DNA from: Longimicrobiales bacterium
Lineage (GTDB): Bacteria > Gemmatimonadota > Gemmatimonadetes > Longimicrobiales > Gaopeijiaceae
Assembly (NCBI GenBank): GCA_965238005.1
Contig: OZ250165.1
Location: 1,216,001 to 1,280,000 of the forward strand
Direction: 5' to 3'
Length of the DNA: 64,000 nt
In this document: in pieces, positions 9,398-19,801 of the stretch
How the letters are laid out: each line of letters begins with the position of its first letter
Position numbering within the stretch: the stretch's first letter is position 1
Notes under the pieces: model-generated
What the model was told of the DNA's origin: nothing
Databases searched by the model: none
Seen by the model: only the letters and a program-made list of their open reading frames with translations
Translations under genes and position numbers: made by a program

Positions 9398-10300
9398 CGC
9401 CTCTGGCGGGCACAGCGCTTGGAGTCTCTGGGCACCCTCCTGAGTGGGGTCGCGCACGACTTCAGCGACCTTCTCACCACGATACTTGCGAGGACGCCGT
9501 TGGTGGCGGAAGAGGAGGGGCTCTCCGGGGTGAGCCGGGCCAACCTCAGGATCGTCGAGGGAGCGGCGGCCCGAGGCTCGGCCCTCGTCAAGCAGATTCT
9601 CGAGTTCTCGACCCGCCAGAGGGCGAGCGCCACCTTGGCGCACGTCTCCACCTTGGCGCGCGGCCTGGAGCCCATTCTCGCTCGGGTTCTGGGCAAGGAC
9701 ATCCGACTGAGCGTCCGCGCCCAGGAAGACCTCTGGCTCGCCCAATGCGACCCCGGCCAAGGTGGAGCAGGTGACCTTCAACCTGATCATGAACGCCAAG
9801 GACGCCATGCCCCGGGGCGGCGAGATCACCATCGGATCCATGAACGCGGAGGTCTATTCGCCGATGGAGGTGGAGGGGGGCGTCCTACCGGCCGGGCGGT
9901 ATGTTCATCTCGTGGTGGCGGACGCGGGATCGGGGATCGCGACGGGTGACCGAGAACGATTGTTCGACCGGCATTACACTACGAAGCGGGGCCGCGGTGC
10001 GGGGTTCGGTCTCTGGACAGTACATCGAGTCGTACGGAGCTGCGGGGTAGGGATGACGGTCGAGAGCGACGAGAACGAGGGCTCGACCTTCCATGTGTAC
10101 CTCGCGTGTGAAGGAGGATCACTGGTGCCTCTCCAAGCGGCTCCTGTCGCTGACACACAGAAGCCCAAGAACGTACTCCGCATCTTGATCGTCGACGACG
10201 ATGCCTTGGTTGGTGAGGTTCTCGAGCGGTCCCTCGTGCGGGACGGGCATTCCGTGGTGGTGGCGACCTCCCTCGACGAATGGATCCCCACCCTTGAAGG
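9389..10300 (+). pseudogene. Hybrid histidine kinase remnant (HisKA-HATPase-partial REC), no sensor domain, frameshift at ~9760
   Basis: AQRLESLGTLLSGVAHDF, DPGQ/VEQVTFNLIMNAKDAMP, DAGSGI, GAGFGL, ILIVDDD; receiver cut off. Confidence 0.88.
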
Positions 10301-10843
10301 ACCGAGAAGCTCCCCCGCGACGATCACCGACACTACATGCATCACGTGGCGGTGAGACCCCCCAAGGCCACATTGGAGACCATGGCCCGGAACGGGATCA
10401 TGGTGGCGAGCCAGCCGAGCTTCACCGTCGGCTTGGGCGCGTTCGCCGTGGAGGCGCTCACCGCCGAGCGGGAGGCGACCCAGAACCCGACCCGCTCACT
10501 CCAGGAGGCCGGGATCACCGTGTCGCGCGGTGCCGAGGGCGCGCCCTACGGACCCCTACTCACGATGTGGTCGGCGGTGACCAGGAAGGGGTGGGAGGGC
10601 AAGGTCTACGGACCCGAAGAGGCGGTGACGGTGGAGGAGGCGATTCGCCTCCACACGGTAGCTCCGGCGTACCTCACCTTCGACGAAGACACGAAGGGGT
10701 CCATCGAGGCCGGCATGCTCGCCGACTTCGTGGTCTTGAGCGAGGATATCCTGGTGGTGGACCCCGAGCGGATCCGTGAGATCGAGGTCGAGCAGACCTT
10801 CAACGGCGGAAACGAAGTGTACAACGCCGCGGCCCAGAGGTGA
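10301..10843 (+). pseudogene. C-terminal fragment of YtcJ-type amidohydrolase (Amidohydro_3)
   Basis: DDHRHYMHH, EAVTVEEAIRLHT, KGSIEAGMLADFVVLSED; N-terminal majority missing. Confidence 0.85.
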
Positions 10844-10844
10844 C

Positions 10845-11324
10845 GTGACCGAGGCTGGAGACGAGGTGGCCGGGGCGGCAAGTGGGGTGACCGGGCCCCA
10901 GCGCTCCGATCGCGGCCTGCTGATCTCCCACCTCCACGACCAGTTCTGGTCGGACGACTACTACCGGGCCGTCGGGCACGTGCGTCGGTGGGTGAAGGAG
11001 CGGGGAGAGGACTGGGCAACCGAGCTGTTCGCCACCCTGGACGCGATGGAAGATCGCCCTGCAAAGGAGCAGCGGGTCGTCCGGCAGACCAACGCCGCCC
11101 GCCGGCTCATCAAGTCGTACTTCCGAAAGACCCAGCAGCTCCGTGCCCACGGGTTCCTGGAGGCCGAGGACCTCCGCGAGCACCTGACCATGCCGCAGCG
11201 ACTCAGGATCCTCTTCCAGATCATCGAGCCCTTCGAGCAGGCCCGCGATCCGGAGTACAACCGCGAGATGTTCGACTTCTACGACCAGCTACACGCCAGG
11301 GAGCTCGAGCGACCGGCGCGGTAG
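10845..11324 (+). CDS. Hypothetical helical protein
   Basis: Clean ORF with GC3-rich codon usage right after the previous stop; no recognised motif. Confidence 0.65.
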   Translation: MTEAGDEVAGAASGVTGPQRSDRGLLISHLHDQFWSDDYYRAVGHVRRWVKERGEDWATELFATLDAMEDRPAKEQRVVRQTNAARRLIKSYFRKTQQLRAHGFLEAEDLREHLTMPQRLRILFQIIEPFEQARDPEYNREMFDFYDQLHARELERPAR

Positions 11325-11394
11325 AGCCAGGCTAGCAGTCCCTCCACGGGGGCGGGCTCGGTGCGTCGTTCTTGGTTACCGCCGCCCGAGAGGC

Positions 11395-11547
11395 CTACCT
11401 GCCTACCCCCAGCACCTCCTTCGGCATGTGCATGCTCACCAGATAGTGCGGCATGTCCACCACCTCCGAGATCTTGAGGTCGCCGGCCAGGGAAGCCAGC
11501 ACGTAGGCATCGGCCCGGTCCATCCCGTGGTCGGCCACCAGGTAGTC
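11395..11547 (-). pseudogene. C-terminal fragment of acetamidase/formamidase family protein
   Basis: DYLVADHGMDRADAYVLASLAGDLKISEVVDMPHYLVSMHMPK; joined to unrelated upstream sequence. Confidence 0.8.
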
Positions 11548-12007
11548 TTCTGGGCCGCTCCACCCGAGCCCGAGGAAGGAGAGGTCGGGGAAGGGAACTA
11601 GGCAGCCGAGGTGGCACCGGAAACCCGCCTCCCTCGGTACCGATGGCGAAGGAACGCGCGAATCCCTCATCCACGTGCACCACGGAGGCGCCGGAGGAGG
11701 CGGAGGAGGCCGGTGAGCCCCCTACGGAAATCGGGGGGCGCTGAGATCCCGTCCCCTTCATGCCTCTGGCGCTGGACCGCCTGGCCCGGCTCTACGAGTA
11801 GACCTGCGACCGAGCGGAGGCACTTGCGGGAGGCTGGTCGGTCCGCCTCATAGCCGGTCGCCGACCGTGGCCGACTGCCCCCTCCCTGATGCAGACGTCG
11901 ACCCGCTGATCGCGGCTTGGGCGCAATAGACTGGCAAACCCGCCCTCCATCCCCTAGTTATCCATTCTCGATACACCGCCTGCCGCCGCCTGCAGAGGAG
12001 ATGTACC

Positions 12008-13150
12008 ATGGATCGCAGAGGATTCCTGAGGGCCAGCACGCTGGCTTCGGTTGCAACCGCTGCGGGAACCCCCGCCGCCGCCCAGACCAACCGCCTGGCC
12101 GCGTTCCTTTCGTCCCGGCCCCACCTGGCTCCGGACGGCTCGCTTCGCCTGAACGCGAACGAGAACCCCATGGGCCTGTCCAAGGCGGCTCGCGAGGCGG
12201 TCATCCAGGCCATCTCGTTGGCCAATCGCTACCCGGACAATTGGGAGCAGGATCTCTTCCCGGCCATTGCGGCCAAGGTGGGAGTGCGGGCCGAGAACGT
12301 GTTCACGGGAGCCGGCTCCAGCGAGATCCTCCAGGCCAGCATCCAGGCCCTGGCGTCTCCGAACATGCCTCTGATCATGGCGGCGCCGACGTTCGAGGAC
12401 GCCGTCGACTATTCGGAGAACCACCCGTATCAGCTCATCAAGGTGCCCCTCGACTTCCGCTACGCCCACGACCTGGGACGCATGCGGGAGGAGACGGAGC
12501 GGGCCCGCCGGCCTTCGGTCGTCTACATCTGCAACCCGAACAACCCGACCGCGACGCTTACGCCCAGCTCTGAGGTCGATGCGTGGATCCAGGACGCGCC
12601 CGAGTCCGTCTTCTTCATCATCGACGAGGCCTACTACGAGCTGGTGGGGGAGCCCGGGTACTGGTCTGCCACCAAGTGGATCGACGAGCGGCCCAACGTG
12701 CTCGTGACCCGAACCTTCTCGAAGATCTACGGGATGGCGGGCCTCCGCCTCGGGTACGGCCTCGCCCACCCCGACACCGTACAGCGGATCAAGGCGTTCG
12801 TTGCCCAGAACAGCCGGAACATGATGGGCATCCAGGCGGGTCTTGCGAGCCTCGAGGACGAAGGCCACCTCGAGCGGACCCTCGCGATGAACAACCGGTC
12901 CCGCCAGATCACCCAGGGAGCGTTGGACGAGCTGGGGCTGGGGTACCTGCCTAGCCACACGAACTTCCTCATGCATGAGATCGGCGGTGATCTGGAGACC
13001 TACATCGAGCGGTTCTAGATGGAGGGCATCAATGTCGGCCGGATTTTTCCGCCCATGCTGGACTACAACCGAATCTCCTTCGGCCTGCCCGAGGACATGG
13101 AGCGCTGGGCCGACACGCTTCGGTCGTTCCGGTCGAGAGGCTGGGTCTAG
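12008..13150 (+). pseudogene. Tat-exported HisC-like PLP aminotransferase with in-frame TAG at 13016-13018
   Basis: RRGFL Tat motif, NANENP, ICNPNNPT, DEAY, RTFSKIYGMAGLRLGY; frame continues after the TAG as MEGINVGRIFPPMLDYNRISFG...GWV*. Confidence 0.85.
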
Positions 13151-13169
13151 AGAGAGAGAGAGAGAGAGA
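13149..13169. repeat. (AG)n microsatellite, about 10 units
   Basis: Seen directly, starting within the stop codon. Confidence 0.9.
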
Positions 13170-13257
13170 AAGAGAAGTCACCCTCGGGGAGGTCCACCTC
13201 GATGAGCATGGACGCGCCCCCGGGGGGCTGAGCGTGGAGCCGTATTTTAATGAACCC

Positions 13258-15144
13258 TCATGGAACGATGATGATCGGCCGTGGCACGGCCATGGGCTCG
13301 CGTCCGGCGAGCTCGATCTCCACCGTGAGGACATACTCCCCGGGCTCCAGGTCTGGCAAGTTCAGCTGGACCGCGCGGAAGACCGTGCCGAGCACGTCGG
13401 GGCCCGCGTCCTCGAACGCCATGACAACCGGAGCGTCGGGCTCCAGGACGCGCAGGAACTGGCCCAACGCTCGTAGGAATCCCTCTCCGCCCTGGTCCAC
13501 GCCGATGCGCACGGTGGCGGACTCGCCGATGCGGAGCCCGTACAGCTCCCATGCTACCTTGAACGCCTCACCGGAGCGGATGCGGATGGCCGGCATGGCC
13601 GTGGGGAGGGCCTCGTCCAGCGACTCGGGGAGGTCACCGCCGCCCTTCAGGATCAGCAAGTCCGAGACAGCCGCCAGGCCCGGTACGATGTCGGCCTGCC
13701 AGAGCCCGTGGCGGTCCCGCCACGCTTTTTTGGCGTCGGCACTGAACGCCTCCACGCCGAGGATGTAGCGACCGTTGTCGACCTGGAGCTGGAACACGCC
13801 CTCGGGGCCCTCACCCAGGACCTCGTGGCGCTCGCCGGTCTCGGTGTCGATGAGGAAGAGGCCCGACTGGACGGGTCCTTCCGCCTCAGCCTCCTCGGGC
13901 ATGAACGGCTGTGGCTCCTCCACCCGCCGTCCGAAGGGATTCAGCCTGGCCTGCCGATCGCCCCGCGTCTCGGCACGTCGGTCCCCCATGTTCACGCCCC
14001 GCGGATTCCGGGTTGTCCGCCGGCTGTCGACCTCGGGTTTGTTCTCCACCTCGGGCGCGAAGGCCCCTACCACCAGGAGCGAGTCCCCCCGGCGGAAGCG
14101 TGCCACCTGGGTCTCGAGTGGATCGAGGTCCGGCGCGTACGGAGGAACGTACCCGGTCCACGGGCGGATCTTTCCGACCGTCCAATCCCCCGCCGCCACT
14201 TCTGCCGGATCCTCCAGGCCTTCCTTTGGGGGAAGGAACTCTTGGCTCTTGGGATGATGCCGGCCCACGATCCTACGCGTGTCCTGAAGGCCTTGTCCCA
14301 CGAGGCTTCGTACGCGCTCCCACGCCTTCTCGGCCCCGTAGCGGAGGGTGAGCTGCTCGATGTCGTCCCCCCACGCCACCCCGTAGGCATTCTCCGCCTC
14401 TCCTCGCATGCGGATGAGGACCTGCCGGGCGTACTGCTCGGTCTTGCGATCGTTGCCTTCGACCATGTAGAGGGGGTCGGAGAGGAGCCAGAGCCGATCA
14501 TCGATGGCGTCCCTGTCGCCGGACGCCTCGTAGACCTCCATGGCCCCGGGGTCCAGGAGGTAGGTGGGTGTGCGGAAGCGCACCGCTTCCTCAGGGGGCA
14601 TCTGCTCGAGGGCGCGCTCGAAGATCTCGGCCGCGAAGACCCAGTCACCCTGGGCGTGCGTCACGTACCCGAAGAGCGCTGTGCACCACCACTGCTCGCC
14701 GCTGCAGCGCCGGATCAGGGCTTCGGCCTGCCGCCAGCTGCCCACCTCACCCATGTAGTAGACACGCTGGCCCAGGACCCACGAGTCACCTGGGATCCCC
14801 TGCCCGACTTCGGCGAGCTCATCCAGGACCCGTATCCGGGCCATTCCGAACTCCACCGGCTCTTCCGGAACCTGCCACTCGTCCTCGTCCTCACCGTTCC
14901 CGAAGCGGAGGCAGAAGCGGCCGATGAGGTCGTCGCAGCCACCTCCGTATCCGGCCAGCTCGGGGGGGATCCGCTGCTCCCGGAATCGCTCGAAGCGGGC
15001 CTGGGCCTCCTTGGCCTTAGCCAGGAGCTCGAGGGAATCCGGATTCGCATCTTGGCCGGACAAGCCGGACGGGGTCGCGGGAACGAGTCCCACCAGTACG
15101 GCGGACAGGACCAGTGCCCCGGGTGGGGTGGCGAAGCGTAGCAC
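13258..15144 (-). CDS. Secreted TPR-containing protein with a divergent GWxTD-like domain
   Basis: AGGAG then GTG, signal peptide, TPR-like helix pair, LWLLSDPLY..GNDRKTEQYAR...WGDD...LRYG pattern. Confidence 0.6.
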   Translation of the reverse strand: MLRFATPPGALVLSAVLVGLVPATPSGLSGQDANPDSLELLAKAKEAQARFERFREQRIPPELAGYGGGCDDLIGRFCLRFGNGEDEDEWQVPEEPVEFGMARIRVLDELAEVGQGIPGDSWVLGQRVYYMGEVGSWRQAEALIRRCSGEQWWCTALFGYVTHAQGDWVFAAEIFERALEQMPPEEAVRFRTPTYLLDPGAMEVYEASGDRDAIDDRLWLLSDPLYMVEGNDRKTEQYARQVLIRMRGEAENAYGVAWGDDIEQLTLRYGAEKAWERVRSLVGQGLQDTRRIVGRHHPKSQEFLPPKEGLEDPAEVAAGDWTVGKIRPWTGYVPPYAPDLDPLETQVARFRRGDSLLVVGAFAPEVENKPEVDSRRTTRNPRGVNMGDRRAETRGDRQARLNPFGRRVEEPQPFMPEEAEAEGPVQSGLFLIDTETGERHEVLGEGPEGVFQLQVDNGRYILGVEAFSADAKKAWRDRHGLWQADIVPGLAAVSDLLILKGGGDLPESLDEALPTAMPAIRIRSGEAFKVAWELYGLRIGESATVRIGVDQGGEGFLRALGQFLRVLEPDAPVVMAFEDAGPDVLGTVFRAVQLNLPDLEPGEYVLTVEIELAGREPMAVPRPIIIVP

Positions 15145-15307
15145 GGACGTTCTCCTGATAGTGACGGGTTCCCAAGCATCGTTGGCGGCCTGCCCGGGGG
15201 TGTATCCCCCGCCTCCTAGAGACACCCGAGCAAGCGGGTCCGTTAAGGGATCATACGCCCGGGGGCACACTCGGAATACACGGACCCGCCGGAGCAGATC
15301 CCGCGGA

Positions 15308-16231
15308 TCAGCGGCCCCCGCCCTCCTCCGGTAGAAGCTTCTCCAGATCGGGGACGATTCGCTCGACTCGCCAGCTCGGAATCTCGAACACGACCTCGTT
15401 GCCCGGGACCCGGGCGTGGCGTGTGCTTTCTTCTCCGGTGAGGAGCACCGTGCTCAAGGTATCGCCGGCCGCGTTCAGGGCGGTCACCCGCATCGGACTC
15501 TCCTCCGCGGCCGCACCGTCCTCGAGGAAGCCGGTAGCCACCAGGAGGTTGAGCTCCCGCATGAGGTTGCCCACGGCGATGGCGGCGGCGACCTCCCCGT
15601 TCACCATCCACACGCTGTCGGGGCGCTCCAGGGTGTGGGAGCCTCCTTCCGCCGCGATGACAACGCGGGCTACGGCAGCCGTGTCCGTGCGCAAGACCGT
15701 CTTGTCTCGCCAGGCCACGAGCCCTCGGGCCACGGCCGACCTGAGGTCACCAGAGACCACCACGACGGCGTCCTGGTCCGGGAGGCGCGCATACGTGCTG
15801 GGGTACGTGGGCCCGTTCTTTCCGATGAGCACGGATGAAGTCCCACCGCCGGCTCGCGTCAACTCCACCGTCCAGGCGCTGTCCAGCGACACCCCCATGC
15901 GCTCGTGGTTGGCCGGGTTCGTCGCCACCACGCCTCCCACCTCCGAGCCCTCGAGGGCGTCCCAGAGCCGGTCGATGGCGGAAGAGTCCGCCGGGTAGCC
16001 GTTGACGGTCCACGAGCCGGCGCTCCGCTCCAGGGTCAGCGTCGCAAGGGGGCCGTCGATGTGCACGGACTCCACGTTGGTGCCGTCCAGCCCCTCCAGT
16101 GTCGCCGCCACGCCGTCGTCCGCCTGGGAGGTGCCCCCGCCGCCCCGGCCGGAAAACAGGGACGAGATGCCCCAGAGCGCCACCAGCGCTCCGAGGGTGA
16201 CCAGGATCCTCTTCAGGGTTTGCTCACTCAT
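15308..16231 (-). CDS. DUF4340 domain protein (GldFG-type ABC accessory)
   Basis: N-terminal TM, WTVNGYPAD, WRDKTVL; stop/start overlap with the gldFG-like gene. Confidence 0.8.
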   Translation of the reverse strand: MSEQTLKRILVTLGALVALWGISSLFSGRGGGGTSQADDGVAATLEGLDGTNVESVHIDGPLATLTLERSAGSWTVNGYPADSSAIDRLWDALEGSEVGGVVATNPANHERMGVSLDSAWTVELTRAGGGTSSVLIGKNGPTYPSTYARLPDQDAVVVVSGDLRSAVARGLVAWRDKTVLRTDTAAVARVVIAAEGGSHTLERPDSVWMVNGEVAAAIAVGNLMRELNLLVATGFLEDGAAAEESPMRVTALNAAGDTLSTVLLTGEESTRHARVPGNEVVFEIPSWRVERIVPDLEKLLPEEGGGR

Positions 16232-18477
16232 CAGGTCATCTCCTTCCAGCGCGCCTCGGCTCTGCGTCGCCGACCGGTGACGCGGACCGTGCCTCCCAGG
16301 ACGAAGAGCAACGGCACGCCCACCAGATTCCCCCACTTCAGGGCCGTCTTCTGGAAGTCGGACGTGAACGACATGGCCGGCGGCGTTCGCGTCTTGGAGC
16401 GGATGCCGATGAGCGCCTCGTCCTGGGCGAGCCAATCTATGGCGTTGGCGGCGAAGATCAGGTTCTGCGGGTTGGAGCGGATGAACTGCTCCTGCAGGAA
16501 GTCCACGTCCCCCACCACGATCATGCGGCCGGTCTTGGCCGCTTCACCGTTTTCGGCTCCACCGTCTTCCGCCACACGCGCGTCCAGGGCCACGGCGAGC
16601 GTCACGGTCCGCAGGTCGTCCGGATCGGGCTCCGGCAGGGCCTCGGGCATGATCATTCCACCGGACGGCTGGACGTACCCCGCCTCCGAGGTGACCCAGA
16701 GCCGTCGGACTGTCGCGCTGTCAGTGACCGTGATGGCCGTGGCCCAACCCACGCTCAAGTTGTTCAGATCCCGGGTCGTCGGGTGGTCATCTCCCTTGAG
16801 AGCGATGGGCCAGAGAGGGTAGGGGCGCACCAGGTTGAAGATGCCCTGCCTACCCATGGAGATGGTGGAGTTGGAGCTATAGTCCATGGCCATCCCGGCA
16901 TCCATCCGGATCCCGTTCTCCTCCAGGAAGCCCTCCAGCCCCGTGCTGACCGGGCTCGTGATGGGTGACTGGGGCGAGACCTGGTTGTTGTCCAGGAGGA
17001 GGAGGGCGGCTCCGCCCCCCTCGACGTACGAGCGCACACTCTGGATCGACTCGTCGGACATGGTCTGGTCCGGCCCGGCCAGGACGATGATATCCAGGGT
17101 GTCAGGATCCAGCTCCGGGATGGTGTCGCCGGAAAGGTCGGCCCGCCCGATCTCGTACCGGTCCACCAGGCCCTGCTGGAGTGACGGATACGTGGTCGCG
17201 CCCTCCGCCCCAAAGCCCGTGAGGAACGTCACCCTCGGCTTCACCTCCGTGGTCATGGAAGAGATGCTCGAGAGGACGCGGAACTCGAGGTCGTCGGTCC
17301 GAGCGATGTAGGGGATGACCTCGCGCTCGTCGGCGTACAGGAGGGCGAGGCCGAACCAGCCACGCCGGACCTCGAACTCGTCGTCCCGGAGGATGTTGAA
17401 CTCGTTTCGTGTGATGCCGAGGGCTCGGGCCTCGGCGGCCACGTCTTCGTCGTCGTCAGGGTTCAGGTTCTCCACTATGAGCTGTCCCCTCGCGGCCCGA
17501 CGCAGATCGGACACCAGATCTCGCACGTCTCGGAGCGAAGGCACCAGCTCCGTAGGGAGCTCGTCGGATACGACCAGCTTGAGCGTGACGATGTCGTCCA
17601 GCTCGCCCAGGATCTGCCGGGTTCCGTCGGAGAGGGTGTAGAGGCCACCACTTGTCAGATCCAGGCGTCCCCGGATGTTGCCGCCCAAGAGGTTCACCAC
17701 GACGACCACGGCCACCAGGGCCGCGGTCCCGATCCGGAGGCGACGGTATGCCCTGCGGCCGAGCGCCAGACCCTCTCGGCTCAAGAGACCGGTGGCCAGG
17801 ACCAGGAACAGGGCTGTGGTGGACAGGAAGTAGATGATGTCCCGCAGGTCGACCACACCCCGGGCCACGTTGGTGAAGTGCCCGACCACGGACAGGCGGG
17901 AGACAGCGGCTCCCAACACGGGTGGCAGGCCGATGAGAACGACTGGAGTGCCGATCAGCACCAGGAAGAACGACGCCGATGCCGCCACCATGAACGCGGT
18001 GATCTGGTTCCGGGTGAGACTGGAGGCCCAAAGGCCCACGGCTACGCCCTGCGCCGCCAGCAGACCAGCGCCGATGTACTCCGCCACCATGATGCCGGCG
18101 TCGGCCTCGGATACCATGAGCAGTCCGACCGCCGTGGGCACGCTGCCCGCCAGCGCGATGAGCGCGAAGATCCAGTTCCCGATGAACTTGCCCGCGATGA
18201 CTTCGGCCTCACCGAGGGGGTGGGCCAGGAGCCACTCCAGGGTGCCGCTCCGCCGTTCCTCGGCCAGCGAGCGCATGGTCATGGCCGGGATGAAGACGGC
18301 GAAGAGCCAGGGCAGCATGTCGAAGAAGGGGCGCATGGTGGCGATCCCCGCCGCGTACAGCGTGCGGAAGGTCAGGAAGAGCCCCAGGCCCAGGAACGCC
18401 ACCACCAGGATGTAGGCGGTGGGATGGTCGAAAAAGGTCCCGATCTCTCGTCGAGCCACATTCCAGGCCCGCTTCAT
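16231..18477 (-). CDS. Fused ABC-2 permease (GldF-like) and GldG-family auxiliary component
   Basis: TMRSLAEERRSGTLEWLL, SSLTRNQITAF, RLDLTSGGLYTLSDGT, NAIDWLAQDEALIGIRSK. Confidence 0.9.
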   Translation of the reverse strand: MKRAWNVARREIGTFFDHPTAYILVVAFLGLGLFLTFRTLYAAGIATMRPFFDMLPWLFAVFIPAMTMRSLAEERRSGTLEWLLAHPLGEAEVIAGKFIGNWIFALIALAGSVPTAVGLLMVSEADAGIMVAEYIGAGLLAAQGVAVGLWASSLTRNQITAFMVAASASFFLVLIGTPVVLIGLPPVLGAAVSRLSVVGHFTNVARGVVDLRDIIYFLSTTALFLVLATGLLSREGLALGRRAYRRLRIGTAALVAVVVVVNLLGGNIRGRLDLTSGGLYTLSDGTRQILGELDDIVTLKLVVSDELPTELVPSLRDVRDLVSDLRRAARGQLIVENLNPDDDEDVAAEARALGITRNEFNILRDDEFEVRRGWFGLALLYADEREVIPYIARTDDLEFRVLSSISSMTTEVKPRVTFLTGFGAEGATTYPSLQQGLVDRYEIGRADLSGDTIPELDPDTLDIIVLAGPDQTMSDESIQSVRSYVEGGGAALLLLDNNQVSPQSPITSPVSTGLEGFLEENGIRMDAGMAMDYSSNSTISMGRQGIFNLVRPYPLWPIALKGDDHPTTRDLNNLSVGWATAITVTDSATVRRLWVTSEAGYVQPSGGMIMPEALPEPDPDDLRTVTLAVALDARVAEDGGAENGEAAKTGRMIVVGDVDFLQEQFIRSNPQNLIFAANAIDWLAQDEALIGIRSKTRTPPAMSFTSDFQKTALKWGNLVGVPLLFVLGGTVRVTGRRRRAEARWKEMT

Positions 18478-19493
18478 GACCGCACCTCCCCGTCATCGTC
18501 GTCGGTCGGATCGTCGGGGGCGCCGGCGGTCGGCTCCTCCGTCGACGCCGCGTCGCCGTCCCCGGTCTCGGCGGTCAGGTCGCGGAAGATCTGCTCCAGC
18601 GTGGCCCGCTCGCGGTGCAGCTCCCACAGCACCCACTGCTTCTCCGTGGCCATGCGGAAGATCTCGGGCCGAAGCTCCGCGTCGCCGGCCACCGACAGGC
18701 GCACGCGGGTGCGGTCTTCCAGATCCTCCGAGGTGTGCGAGTCGACTCCGGGAAGGCGGCTCAGGGCCTCGGCGACCCCCTGGCCGGCGGCCTCCACTAC
18801 GTATTGCGAGAGGCCACCGGCGGCGGCCAGCAGGTCGGTGACCGCTCCGTCCGCCACCAACTTGCCGCGGCTGATGATGATGAGCCGCGTGCAGGTAGCC
18901 TCGACCTCCTGCATGACGTGTGTGCTCAGGAGGACCGTACGCTCGCGGCCCAGGGCGCTGATGAGCTTCCGTATGTCCACGCGCTGGTTGGGGTCGAGGC
19001 CTTCGGTGGGCTCGTCGAGGACCAGGATCTCGGGATGGTGCAGGATGGCTGCGGCGAGGCCGACGCGCTGGCGGTATCCCTTGGAGAGCTCCGAGACCCG
19101 CCGGAAGAACACCTCGGCGGCGCCCGTCTCGTCGACGGCGTCGGAGATGGCTGACCGGGCGGAGGCCCCTTCCAGCATCCTCAGGCGGGCTGTGTACTCC
19201 AGATACTCCGCCACCAGCATCTCGTCGTAGAGCGGATTCGCCTCGGGCAGATACCCCACACGCTTCTTCGCGCCGGTCAGGTCCTGAACTATGGACACCC
19301 CGTCGAACAGCACCCGGCCCTCATCGGGCTCCAGCGTGCCCGTCAGCATCCTCATGGTCGTGGTCTTCCCGGCTCCGTTTGGCCCCAGAAAGCCCACGAC
19401 TTCACCCCGGTCGATCTCGAAGTCGAGGTCCCGAACCGCGACGAGATCACCAAATCGCTTCGTCACCCCTTCAACGGCGATCATCCCTACCAT
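18474..19493 (-). CDS. ABC transporter ATP-binding protein (GldA-like)
   Basis: GPNGAGKTT, LSKGYRQR, ILVLDEPT, H-loop LSTH. Confidence 0.95.
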   Translation of the reverse strand: MVGMIAVEGVTKRFGDLVAVRDLDFEIDRGEVVGFLGPNGAGKTTTMRMLTGTLEPDEGRVLFDGVSIVQDLTGAKKRVGYLPEANPLYDEMLVAEYLEYTARLRMLEGASARSAISDAVDETGAAEVFFRRVSELSKGYRQRVGLAAAILHHPEILVLDEPTEGLDPNQRVDIRKLISALGRERTVLLSTHVMQEVEATCTRLIIISRGKLVADGAVTDLLAAAGGLSQYVVEAAGQGVAEALSRLPGVDSHTSEDLEDRTRVRLSVAGDAELRPEIFRMATEKQWVLWELHRERATLEQIFRDLTAETGDGDAASTEEPTAGAPDDPTDDDDGEVRS

Positions 19494-19801
19494 GCCTCCT
19501 AGTGTGGTGTCCCAGAACCATACGGTCTTGCCGGCCGCGAAGAGTCTAAGAGACGCCCGAGGGCTTGTCCAGCGCCGTCTTGCAGAAGCCGCTCGGATCG
19601 GGTTTCCAGGCCTCTAGAGGGCGACTTCGCGGCCCTTGATCAGTCGCGTCCGGGGGTCGTCGGGTTGCCCGGACCCGGATTCGGTGATGTCAGGGGCTCG
19701 CGCCCTCGGCGTCGGCATCGACCAGACCGCCGGATCCGGGATACTTGTGCGCGCGGGCTGGATGGGGGAGTATGGGTCAGTTCATTCAAGTGGGATCCGT
19801 C

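Noticed and set aside
13016..13018. Pyrrolysine or stop-codon reassignment
   Set aside because: TAG is the normal stop of many genes here (tyrS, purE, POT), no pyl genes are in the window, and the other internal stop is TAA
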